DNA of 24,053 bases from a virus (taxonomy: Duplodnaviria; Caudoviricetes): positions 1 through 24,053 of IMG/VR virus record IMGVR_UViG_3300027656_000048; one strand, 5' to 3'. Position 1 is the stretch's first letter; each line of letters opens with the position of its first letter. Below the pieces are notes generated by a model. The model searched no databases. It saw only the letters and a program-made list of their open reading frames with translations, and was not told the DNA's origin. The position numbers and the translations under genes are program-made. Below are positions 1-7,826 of this stretch, in pieces.

Positions 1-1
1 C

Positions 2-214
2 GCCTTGGTGCAGAACGGTGGCTTACATGCCCTTAGCGAAGTTAGTGCTACCATAAGTTTGGTGGCAGGAACATATTATCCTATACGCATACAGTTTGGC
101 AACGGACCAGATGGCCCAGGACAACTATTTGCCAGCTATGAACACGCAGGTCAAGCCAAAACCAGCACATGGACTGGCAAAGTCTTCTATAACACAGCCA
201 CTAACGGATTCTAA
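2..214 (+). CDS. 3' end of a PA14-domain protein (probable virion carbohydrate-binding protein), truncated by window start
   Basis: Frame open from the window edge; NGGLH...SATISLVAGTYYPIRIQFGN matches the C-terminal half of PA14 domains (L-x-AG-x-YY-x-I-x-I-x-F/Y). Confidence 0.7.
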   Translation, partial: ALVQNGGLHALSEVSATISLVAGTYYPIRIQFGNGPDGPGQLFASYEHAGQAKTSTWTGKVFYNTATNGF

Positions 215-615
215 TGTACAGAAAATATATCAACATCGTAGAAGCAGCCAACAAAGGCTGTCCCATCGCCACTCACGACCTAGAAGTCAATGTCAAGAAC
301 AGACAAGTTGCTATAGACAAACATCACTACGGTCCTGCCAATCCAGAAGAACCTGGCTCATATTGGAAAGATAGTGCCAAGCAGTGGAGCATTGATGAAA
401 AGACCGCCAAGACAATGCAGTGCGCTAACTGTGCGGCTTTCAACATCACCGATGCAATGTACAAGTGTATGCACGATGGAATGGGCAAAGAAGCATACGA
501 AGCAGAAAAGACTCGTGAAGCAGCAGACCTAGGCTACTGCAATCTACTACACTTCAAATGTGCTGGAACACGCAGTTGTGAATTATGGGTCACTGGTGGA
601 CCTATTGTAAAATAA
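214..615 (+). CDS. Cys-rich hypothetical protein, HiPIP-like Fe-S/metal-binding pattern
   Basis: TAATG coupling to previous gene; CANC...GYC-x6-C-x5-CELW pattern resembles HiPIP cysteine spacing. Confidence 0.5.
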   Translation: MYRKYINIVEAANKGCPIATHDLEVNVKNRQVAIDKHHYGPANPEEPGSYWKDSAKQWSIDEKTAKTMQCANCAAFNITDAMYKCMHDGMGKEAYEAEKTREAADLGYCNLLHFKCAGTRSCELWVTGGPIVK

Positions 616-616
616 T

Positions 617-1252
617 ATGATTACACTGACCAGCAATCAGTTTGATTCAAACGGTTACTGGGATCATCCCATAGAGAAATTGTTGTACCAACCCACTGTA
701 GAAGACCTTGACTTGTTTGATCAGAATGGTTACGACCTTACTCCATTGGAACAGCACTTTGCCTACGGTAATAAAGTAAAACCCAAGAAGCACAGAGAAC
801 ATCTGCGAGCCATCAAACAAGAGTGGTTTACTCAGTTGCCCACTATAGAAGGCTCACACCTTAATCACAGCCTATTGTTTGAACGCAAAGGCTACACTGG
901 TGCTGCTTTAGAAGAACTTAAGTTTTGGGCTCGTACACTGCCTTTAATCAACAAGGTCATAGCACTACGTCCTAAATGGGGTTTGGACTTTTCTATGGAC
1001 TATGCTGATTGCGAGGGCAACGCCTTTGAAGTCTTACACTGGGAATGGGACAGCTTTGTCTACGAAGAAACAGAATGTATTCGTAAAATAGTAGAGCCCG
1101 TGCTGTTAAACATTGACTGGTGTGATGCCGCCCATCAAATACTAGCACAAAAGGACAAGTGGCATCACTTAGATTTTTTTGCTCAGAGCCAATGGAAATG
1201 CAGATATTTTGGCATCCCAGAGGAGCGATTCAAAATGGTTGCCTGGGTATAA
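617..1252 (+). CDS. hypothetical protein (211 aa, aromatic-rich)
   Basis: Long ORF tightly packed between neighbours; no recognisable motif. Confidence 0.8.
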   Translation: MITLTSNQFDSNGYWDHPIEKLLYQPTVEDLDLFDQNGYDLTPLEQHFAYGNKVKPKKHREHLRAIKQEWFTQLPTIEGSHLNHSLLFERKGYTGAALEELKFWARTLPLINKVIALRPKWGLDFSMDYADCEGNAFEVLHWEWDSFVYEETECIRKIVEPVLLNIDWCDAAHQILAQKDKWHHLDFFAQSQWKCRYFGIPEERFKMVAWV

Positions 1253-1255
1253 ATA
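1248..1255 (+). promoter_or_regulatory. T4-type late promoter TATAAATA
   Basis: Exact T4 gp55 consensus overlapping the upstream stop, 21 nt before the SNase ATG (GGAG SD follows). Confidence 0.75.
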
Positions 1256-1276
1256 ATAGCACTTATTGGAGTTAGT

Positions 1277-1717
1277 ATGAAGAAGTTTTTATTATTGTTG
1301 TTGTCAGTTCCGGTACTGGCCTTTGCACAAGGCAAGATGCCCGCAAAGTCAGCAACATACGATGCACAAATTATCCGTGTAAGTGATGGCGATACTATTG
1401 TAATCGCTGCCCCCTTTCTCCCTGCTCCTCTCAAGCCAGAACTTGCTGTTAGAATCTACGGAGTCGACACACCAGAAAAAAGCCACAGAGCCCAGTGTCC
1501 ACAAGAAGACCAGCGAGCACAATTGGCAAGTAAATTCACCACACAGGCCATTCAATCTCATCCAAAGCACCAAGTTATCATCTACGGTTGGGACAAGTTT
1601 GGTGGTCGTATACTGGGAGACATCCTAGTCAATGGACAGAGCATTCGTCAAGGATTAATTACCAACGGTTTAGCACGTGAATACTACGGCGATGCTAAAC
1701 AGAGTTGGTGCAACTAA
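1277..1717 (+). CDS. Staphylococcal-nuclease (SNase/thermonuclease) family protein with N-terminal signal peptide
   Basis: RVSDGDTI, VRIYGVDTPE, DKFGGRILG, LITNGLA motifs; MKKFLLLLLSVPVLAFA signal peptide ending A-F-A. Confidence 0.9.
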   Translation: MKKFLLLLLSVPVLAFAQGKMPAKSATYDAQIIRVSDGDTIVIAAPFLPAPLKPELAVRIYGVDTPEKSHRAQCPQEDQRAQLASKFTTQAIQSHPKHQVIIYGWDKFGGRILGDILVNGQSIRQGLITNGLAREYYGDAKQSWCN

Positions 1718-1804
1718 CACCCTTAGGACCGGTACTAGTTACCGTGGTGGGGCGGCTGCTGCCTCGAATCATCCAACTCGCTATTGGACCTCGTAAGTGA
1801 GCAC
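1718..1804 (+). ncRNA. candidate structured RNA of unknown family
   Basis: GC-rich 87-nt island with stems CACC/GGTG, CGGTA/TACCG, GGGGC/GCCTC, TCCAA/TTGGA between a stop codon and a terminator. Confidence 0.5.
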
Positions 1805-1810
1805 TAATTA

Positions 1811-1836
1811 AAAAAGGACCCCGAAGGGTCCTTTTT
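1811..1836. terminator. bidirectional intrinsic terminator
   Basis: AAAAAGGACCC-CGAA-GGGTCCTTTTT perfect inverted repeat between convergent genes. Confidence 0.9.
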
Positions 1837-1881
1837 GTTTATAATATAATAATTTAAGTATTCGCTATGCGAGTATATAAT

Positions 1882-2151
1882 TTATTTCTTTACGCCGTTG
1901 TTTACAAAACTGTACATCTTCTCGGCAGTTTCAAGAACCTTGTCAAGTCCTGGAAAAGTTGGCATTTCAACCTTAGTAAGGAATTGTCCAGTCTTTTCAT
2001 CGCGAGCAGTGGTCAGTTCCCAACCACGGAACTTAGCGTGAAAATCTTCACTAACCAAGCCTTTGGCCATGTCCAAGATGTCTGTGCGGATTTCGTATCC
2101 GTTCTTGTTGAATTTAACTTCTGGTAGTTTTGGTGTTTCGAATTGTGACAT
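1882..2151 (-). CDS. hypothetical phage protein (89 aa)
   Basis: AGGAG SD upstream, own sigma70-like promoter, ends near the terminator. Confidence 0.8.
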   Translation of the reverse strand: MSQFETPKLPEVKFNKNGYEIRTDILDMAKGLVSEDFHAKFRGWELTTARDEKTGQFLTKVEMPTFPGLDKVLETAEKMYSFVNNGVKK

Positions 2152-2208
2152 ATTAATCTCCTGTGTGTAATGTCTGTTTACATAGATACTTCTTTTTCTC
2201 TATGTGCT

Positions 2209-2237
2209 ATTATATATGCTTTGTGATCTAAAAGCAA
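2209..2237 (-). promoter_or_regulatory. sigma70-type promoter TTGCTT-N17-TATAAT
   Basis: Reverse complement of AAGCAA (2232-2237) and ATTATA (2209-2214), 17-nt spacer. Confidence 0.6.
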
Positions 2238-2238
2238 C

Positions 2239-2814
2239 TTATTTCTTGAACGTGTTTACTCGTTCCTTGATAAGTTCAACCACTTGATCACTCAGCACAA
2301 CTTCATAGTGATTGTATTCTACTTCTACTAGTTCCATATCTGCATGATGCCGTTGACTGGCAATGGTTACCACTCCGTCATTGGGCTCATGCATAAAGGC
2401 ACTTTGCCCTTTTACAGTTACTATATTAGTCCAGGGATGCTGTATTTTAATACGACTAGCCTGCTTCATTACCCACGAACTGGGACCAATGTCACGCATC
2501 AGTCGACTAAATGGCAAGAAGTATTGAGCATAGTCTGCTACTTCAGCACCACCATAGGGTGTGCTTAGAGTTACAGCACCTTTAACTGCTGTGGGCATTG
2601 AGTTGGCCAAATGCAAACTATAGATACCGCCCAGACTGTGTGCAACAAACACTAGATCAGTTTGCCCGTCTAGTGTTGCCTGCATGTCTTTTAGGTTGTT
2701 TTCAAACCCGTTGCGGCTATCATAATTAATATCAATACCGTTGCCTAATTTGCTTCTAATATAGTTGAAGCTCTCGCTAGTGGCATTGGCACCGTGTACG
2801 TACACTAATTTCAT
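2239..2814 (-). CDS. alpha/beta hydrolase (esterase/lipase family)
   Basis: VYVHG oxyanion motif, AHSLG nucleophile elbow, LSTPYGG, NDGVV acid and NHY histidine. Confidence 0.85.
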   Translation of the reverse strand: MKLVYVHGANATSESFNYIRSKLGNGIDINYDSRNGFENNLKDMQATLDGQTDLVFVAHSLGGIYSLHLANSMPTAVKGAVTLSTPYGGAEVADYAQYFLPFSRLMRDIGPSSWVMKQASRIKIQHPWTNIVTVKGQSAFMHEPNDGVVTIASQRHHADMELVEVEYNHYEVVLSDQVVELIKERVNTFKK

Positions 2815-2829
2815 GCCAATATTTAGCGG

Positions 2830-2928
2830 TTAGAACCAGCCGTGAAAATCGTCAGTGATGATAGGATGTACTTCCCAACCATCTCGATGCCAGCGTAGCA
2901 ACATTACTACTGTATCTAGAAAGTTCAT
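2830..2928 (-). CDS. small protein, 32 aa (MNFLDTVVMLLRWHRDGWEVHPIITDDFHGWF), not in ORF track
   Basis: ATG 1 nt after the stop of the preceding small ORF; fills the gap in a tightly packed operon. Confidence 0.55.
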   Translation of the reverse strand: MNFLDTVVMLLRWHRDGWEVHPIITDDFHGWF

Positions 2929-2929
2929 T

Positions 2930-3028
2930 TTAATAGTAGTGTCTACTTGCATTGCTTTTGCGATACTCAGCAAGCGTTTCGGCCCAACGGATTAGACCTT
3001 GGTATAGTGCGTTGATAAAGTTTTTCAT
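2930..3028 (-). CDS. small protein, 32 aa (MKNFINALYQGLIRWAETLAEYRKSNASRHYY), not in ORF track
   Basis: ATGA overlap with upstream stop; AAGGA SD upstream; amphipathic helix. Confidence 0.6.
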   Translation of the reverse strand: MKNFINALYQGLIRWAETLAEYRKSNASRHYY

Positions 3029-3204
3029 AGATAATTTTCCTTTTGAGAATAGTGATATTGTTGGATGTAGTTTTCCAACTGGGCGGCATCGGTAATGCCT
3101 TTGGTGCTTAGATAAGCGTCTAAGCGGCTTTGATAACCAGATCCTGGAAACATTTCTGATAAACGTTCCATAATCCTAATCATTTGCTCTGATATGAATT
3201 TCAT
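3025..3204 (-). CDS. small protein resembling DUF3563 family
   Basis: Likely start MKFISEQ with AAGGA SD; RLDAYL...DAAQLE resembles the DUF3563 R-x-x-AYL...D-x-x-x-LE pattern (from memory, unverified). Confidence 0.55.
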   Translation of the reverse strand: MKFISEQMIRIMERLSEMFPGSGYQSRLDAYLSTKGITDAAQLENYIQQYHYSQKENYL

Positions 3205-3262
3205 GCTATAATCCTTGTGTAAGTGTATGCAGATACTAGTGGTTTCTACTAATATACTTAGC

Positions 3263-3291
3263 ATTATATACTGCATTGCAACAATTATCAA
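3263..3291 (-). promoter_or_regulatory. sigma70-type promoter TTGATA-N17-TATAAT containing a PhaR-like CTGC-N3-GCA box in the spacer
   Basis: TATCAA 3286-3291 and ATTATA 3263-3268 on + strand; CTGCATTGCAAC at 3271-3282. Confidence 0.6.
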
Positions 3292-3338
3292 ATCTTATTC
3301 TGTCAAAAGAAAAGGTTAAATATATTATAGAGAATTAT

Positions 3339-3593
3339 ATGCGTAAAAGCACTAGATCAATACTGCAAGAACTCAGCGACTTGGGCATATCAAGAAATAC
3401 CGATTTGGTCGTAGAAAGCCGCGGCGCCAATATCATACAAAGTGCAGTGAATCTAATTTCATTGATGCGTGAACATTATGATGTTGAAACTGCCGCAGAG
3501 TTAGAACGCCGGTTTATCAACTCAATACGCACGGGCGACAGTGCCAAATTCACCCGCGGCATCAAAAAGATAATCGAGTCAAAAGACACCTGA
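3339..3593 (+). CDS. hypothetical phage protein (84 aa), late gene
   Basis: TAAATA at 3317-3322 precedes ATG 3339 (preferred over the 3276 start, which lies in the divergent promoter region). Confidence 0.75.
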   Translation: MRKSTRSILQELSDLGISRNTDLVVESRGANIIQSAVNLISLMREHYDVETAAELERRFINSIRTGDSAKFTRGIKKIIESKDT

Positions 3594-3671
3594 TCAAGGT
3601 AGTTTTTTTGCTTTTGGCTAAATAATTATACAGTCCCCGTGAGCCGGGGCAGGCAACAAGGAGAATATATT

Positions 3672-4196
3672 ATGCCAGCAATTTTAGTAAACAGCGCCGC
3701 AGGAACAGCGGCAAAATCGTTCAGTTTTGCACAACGTCAATTGCGTTTTTTCAAAATCGCAATTCAAAACACCAGCAACACAGCAATCAGCTTAGCCGCT
3801 GAATTTGGCAGTGACTCTGTCACTGCTTCAGGTGGCGATGATGACAATACACCGGGTCTAGTTCAGCAAGTGGTTCAAGTTCTACAGAACTACGGAACAG
3901 TTGAGCATGTAAGAGTTGGTAATGCAGCTGCTACAGATGGTTTGATCTTCGCAGCATTGGATGTAGGTGGTTCAGAAGAAGAAGACGGAGCAACATGGGT
4001 TCCACGTCTAGCAGGTGGTTCAGCAACGACATTGCCAGCAGCGATTGAAGCCGATGTCAGAGTAATCCGTAGCACTAGTTACAGTGCAGGTGTTCTACAA
4101 GCATTAGGCGCAGCAGGTACTACAGCAGGTAAAGACGGCGCCACTGACGTAACTGGTAGTGACGTTACAGAAACAGGTTTAGTTTTAACAGCTTAA
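3672..4196 (+). CDS. Ala/Gly/Thr-rich protein, probable abundant virion structural protein
   Basis: TAAATA 3619-3624, 5' hairpin 3635-3649, AAGGAG SD, own terminator: monocistronic high-expression layout. Function inferred. Confidence 0.65.
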   Translation: MPAILVNSAAGTAAKSFSFAQRQLRFFKIAIQNTSNTAISLAAEFGSDSVTASGGDDDNTPGLVQQVVQVLQNYGTVEHVRVGNAAATDGLIFAALDVGGSEEEDGATWVPRLAGGSATTLPAAIEADVRVIRSTSYSAGVLQALGAAGTTAGKDGATDVTGSDVTETGLVLTA

Positions 4197-4222
4197 TCAA
4201 ACTTTCCAAAGGGATGGGAAGA

Positions 4223-4250
4223 GGCCTCGGATTTATTCCGGGGCTTTTTT
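4223..4250 (+). terminator. intrinsic terminator
   Basis: GGCCTCGGA-TTTAT-TCCGGGGCT stem followed by T run. Confidence 0.85.
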
Positions 4251-4270
4251 ACGGCTGTTAAATACTAGCC

Positions 4271-4678
4271 ATGGAATACAAGTTGATCACACTGATAGAT
4301 ATCACTGCCACCGGACAGTATAGACAAGAATCGGGCCGGCAGCAACAGTTTGATCAACAACAGAATTTTAACACTGTGTTGCAGACCTTGGGCATAAGGG
4401 GCAATGTCTATTACACAGTGAAACCCACAGTGATAGAAGACACGGGCAAGAGTCAGGGGTTTTCCATAAACAAAACTGTAAACATGTGGCAGTTTGAGTG
4501 GCAAATGGAAATTGAAGATCTGTTTGAAAAGAGTGGTGATCCCATACATTGGCTCCGACACGATTTTGATCTGGTACCCATCATACCCAACTTGAATGAA
4601 ACTGCTGTGTTGAAACGTCCTATGTTTATGACCAGCGGTCCAGACGCTAATGTTATTTTCAGTTACAGCGATAAATAA
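4271..4678 (+). CDS. hypothetical phage protein (135 aa)
   Basis: ORF directly after TAAATA 4259-4264. Confidence 0.8.
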   Translation: MEYKLITLIDITATGQYRQESGRQQQFDQQQNFNTVLQTLGIRGNVYYTVKPTVIEDTGKSQGFSINKTVNMWQFEWQMEIEDLFEKSGDPIHWLRHDFDLVPIIPNLNETAVLKRPMFMTSGPDANVIFSYSDK

Positions 4679-4764
4679 CTCATCAAAGGCACATTAGGCA
4701 TTTCAATCATACGATAGGCACATGACTCGGAGCGAGTCCCTGACTTATAACATTGGAGAGCCAA

Positions 4765-5187
4765 ATGGCCACAAAAGAAGCAATAGCACAAATGGCCACG
4801 TTGCCAGAGCGTGTAGCAGTAGTAGAAACTAAAATAAATGCCATGATTGACTGCATTGAGTCAATCAAAGAGTCTCAAAAAGACATTCGAAGCGATGTCA
4901 AAGATGTGCATGACTGTTTGGATAACACTCGCGAGATGCTGGCAGACAAACTGGAAAAAATGCAGGATGAATATCGTGCCAACAGCGTAAAGTATTTTGA
5001 ACACGCTGAAAAACTACATGCCGCAGATGGAGTAATCCATGATGTAATGGATACCAGACTCAACAGTTTAGAAAAACTCAAAAACAAGTGGACCATGTAT
5101 GCAATGGTTGTGTTGGCATTTGCCGCGGGCACAGGTTGGCTCAACTCAGTGAGTTTCCCACATATATTAAAGTTCCTAGGCTTGTAA
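4765..5187 (+). CDS. coiled-coil protein with single C-terminal TM helix (XhlA/holin-like architecture)
   Basis: GGAG SD before ATG 4765; ERVAVVETKI heptads, then WTMYAMVVLAFAAGTGW hydrophobic segment. Confidence 0.55.
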   Translation: MATKEAIAQMATLPERVAVVETKINAMIDCIESIKESQKDIRSDVKDVHDCLDNTREMLADKLEKMQDEYRANSVKYFEHAEKLHAADGVIHDVMDTRLNSLEKLKNKWTMYAMVVLAFAAGTGWLNSVSFPHILKFLGL

Positions 5188-5206
5188 TTCAGTTAAATAA
5201 TGTTTA

Positions 5207-5920
5207 ATGATACTAGAAGAATTCCAAGAAGGCATAGTTGATCAAGCCATCGTATTTCACAACACTTTAAATCCACTGCTGTGGAACAATCAACAACTGA
5301 AACCTTTAATTAAATTAGCATTGCTGAAAATTGCCAAAGACTTTGTGACTTTTATTGGCATAGATTTTAAAATTATAGACATCACCATATCGGGCAGCAA
5401 CGCAGCCTATACCTATACACCCAACAGTGATCTTGATCTGCATATTATTGCAGACATTCCCCAAGCACAAGTCAAACTGTACAAACAACTGTTTGATGCT
5501 AAGAAAAATCAATACAACTATCTACACAATTTCACTGTGAAAGGCATAGATGTTGAACTCTATGTGCAAGACAGTCGAGACACACATCACAGTGCTGGAA
5601 TTTACAGCGTTAAAAACAGTCGTTGGATCAGCGAGCCCAAGGTGATCAAAGTGAGAATCAGTGATCAGGATGTGCGCCGCAAGGTCAACAACTATCTAGG
5701 CAAAATCTCATCAGCATTGAACACTGACGACCTAGACTACATAGAGTCAGTGCAGACCAGTATTAAAAAATTACGCCAAACAGGCCTAGACCGTGAAGGT
5801 GAGTTCAGTGTGGAAAATCTAGCCTTCAAAGTGCTACGTGCAAATGGCTGGATAGATCGGTTGCGTGAGCATAAGTACAACGTGCAGAGTGAAATACTCT
5901 CTGTGGAGAACATGAAATGA
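5207..5920 (+). CDS. Pol-beta superfamily nucleotidyltransferase
   Basis: ITISGSNA...SDLDLHI (hG[GS]-x-DxD) and third carboxylate in DVELYVQ. Confidence 0.75.
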   Translation: MILEEFQEGIVDQAIVFHNTLNPLLWNNQQLKPLIKLALLKIAKDFVTFIGIDFKIIDITISGSNAAYTYTPNSDLDLHIIADIPQAQVKLYKQLFDAKKNQYNYLHNFTVKGIDVELYVQDSRDTHHSAGIYSVKNSRWISEPKVIKVRISDQDVRRKVNNYLGKISSALNTDDLDYIESVQTSIKKLRQTGLDREGEFSVENLAFKVLRANGWIDRLREHKYNVQSEILSVENMK

Positions 5921-7374
5921 AAATTAACCAAATAGTAGGAGAAGCCACCGGTGATCCGTTGGGCACGGTATCAGCCGCACCAGATGCCAGTGGCAAGATC
6001 AAGATCAAAACACCTACCGGCACTGAAATAGAAACAACCAAAGATGCATTGTTGCCAGGCGCCAAACCAGGAACAGTGCAAATGAAACCAGATGCTGCGG
6101 GCGATCAATTGAAACCTGGAACACAGGTAGTCAGTGCAGAAGCCATGGGCGACATATCAACAATGCCAACTACTGAATTTGTTAAAGGCATCTATGCTGC
6201 TGCTGCCGAAAATGGTATGGATGCTCCGGATGTTGAAGCAGTTAAAAAACAAATGGTACTAGCACCGAATGGTGAAGTAGATATCATAGCAACAATGCAG
6301 AAAGCTGTACAAGTTTTTCAAAGCCCTGAGTGGAAACAAATGTTAGCAGACTTAGACGCATTAGTCAAACGGGCAGAAGCACAACAACCTAATGCAGAAC
6401 TGTCACGTATTCAAGAACTGGCCGGCATTAGTGAAGCATCAAATGATACCAACGATGCAATTCATGCATGGAACGACAAATATAGCAAATATAGCGGTAC
6501 TAATGGTCCTGATCTAGTCAACGGATGGATTGATGGGATGACAAGTTCCGGAATTATTTCAGATGGTTGGGAAGAAAATGAAGTATATGAGTTAGAACAA
6601 CGTCTTGGAAAAGAAATGGGTGAATGGGAACCAGAAGACTACGACTATGTATCCGATAATGAAGATACCCTGTTGCCTATTTCCACAGCAATGGTAGAAG
6701 AGTTAGCATCTATCCTTGGTGTAGATGCAGTTGGCGAGGAGGAGGCAAATCAAGTTGCTAATATTCTTTATGGTTCTACAGACGAAAGCACAGGCGAATT
6801 AACACGTATTCAAGAACTGGCTGGTATAAAAGAAAACACAGCATCGCAGCCACCGGTCAAGGTTCCGCCTGTACCAAAATTGCCTGCACAAGATGGCGAT
6901 CAAGGTGACGGTTCTAAATTAACAACAAATCCAGATGGTACTAAAACTTATGCTGGAGCATTTGGCAGATTCACTTTTGATAAATCTGGAAAAGCTATTA
7001 AGTATGCAGCACCACAATTTACTGGTGTGGCCCGCGAAGTTGATCTAACATCCGGTGATCAAACAACTAATTACAGTACTGGCCCAATGAACAGTACACA
7101 AACTACTGATGCCAAAGGTAATGTTGTATCATCCAATACCGAATATGACTTGGGCGTAGGTAAGATGGCAATGGGTCAAGATGCTAAAGGTATTAAATCT
7201 AAAACATATACTCCAGCCGATGGCGCACAAAGCATAGCATCAAAAGACATGTACGCACTAGGTAACAAAGATAAAGAATCTACTTATAATCGTGCAATGG
7301 CGCAAGTTAGCGGTACACCAGTAAAGGAAAGCCCAGAATTAACAGCCATGTTGAGTATTGCAGGCCTAAGATGA
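5917..7374 (+). CDS. modular low-complexity protein (485 aa), probable internal head/virion protein
   Basis: ATGA coupling; three EL-x-(R/A)-x-x-x-(L/I)AG(I/L) motifs; acidic modules. Confidence 0.6.
   Translation: MKINQIVGEATGDPLGTVSAAPDASGKIKIKTPTGTEIETTKDALLPGAKPGTVQMKPDAAGDQLKPGTQVVSAEAMGDISTMPTTEFVKGIYAAAAENGMDAPDVEAVKKQMVLAPNGEVDIIATMQKAVQVFQSPEWKQMLADLDALVKRAEAQQPNAELSRIQELAGISEASNDTNDAIHAWNDKYSKYSGTNGPDLVNGWIDGMTSSGIISDGWEENEVYELEQRLGKEMGEWEPEDYDYVSDNEDTLLPISTAMVEELASILGVDAVGEEEANQVANILYGSTDESTGELTRIQELAGIKENTASQPPVKVPPVPKLPAQDGDQGDGSKLTTNPDGTKTYAGAFGRFTFDKSGKAIKYAAPQFTGVAREVDLTSGDQTTNYSTGPMNSTQTTDAKGNVVSSNTEYDLGVGKMAMGQDAKGIKSKTYTPADGAQSIASKDMYALGNKDKESTYNRAMAQVSGTPVKESPELTAMLSIAGLR
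6404..6821 (+). repeat. 19-bp exact direct repeat CACGTATTCAAGAACTGGC at 6404-6422 and 6803-6821
   Basis: Seen directly; 399 bp (133 codons) apart, both encoding RIQELA. Confidence 0.9.
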
Positions 7375-7796
7375 AAATATCTAATAAACAGCGAAACATA
7401 ATAGAACAGCAGTTGCTGAAAGAACTGCCTATTAAGATCGTAGACAATGTCATTACTTACAATGACTATGTGATCAAACAAGACCATAATGGATACTGGA
7501 ATCTGTATGCCAACTTCAATGGCTTAGATCTAGTCGACCGGTTCTATCTAAAAATATCTGCGCTGATGGCTGCAAAAAAATATGAAAAATGCATGATAAG
7601 AGACTTTAAATTCATTTTGAGTATGGATCAACATTATGCTAAATTGGATAACGACATAACGCATTTTAGGTATCAGATGAAAAAAACCAACGACACAGTG
7701 AAAAAAGATAACTATTTGTTTAGATTGCAAGAATGTTACATAACAATATCTAACATAAAAGAACAAATACAACAGATGTATAGAACGTCATTTTAA
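7371..7796 (+). CDS. hypothetical protein (141 aa)
   Basis: ATGA coupling to upstream gene. Confidence 0.75.
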   Translation: MKISNKQRNIIEQQLLKELPIKIVDNVITYNDYVIKQDHNGYWNLYANFNGLDLVDRFYLKISALMAAKKYEKCMIRDFKFILSMDQHYAKLDNDITHFRYQMKKTNDTVKKDNYLFRLQECYITISNIKEQIQQMYRTSF

Positions 7797-7826
7797 TAAA
7801 TATATCATATTGGTTAGGATAGAAAC

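Noticed and set aside
1718-1804. tRNA or known self-cleaving ribozyme
   Set aside because: No T-loop GTTC/CCA cloverleaf; no CTGATGA/GAAA hammerhead core or recognisable pistol/twister consensus.
7570-7690. Shorter A runs (A7-A8) inside ORF 7371..7796 and elsewhere as frameshift sites
   Set aside because: Not A_AAA_AAG at an ORF junction and no overlapping alternate ORF to enter.
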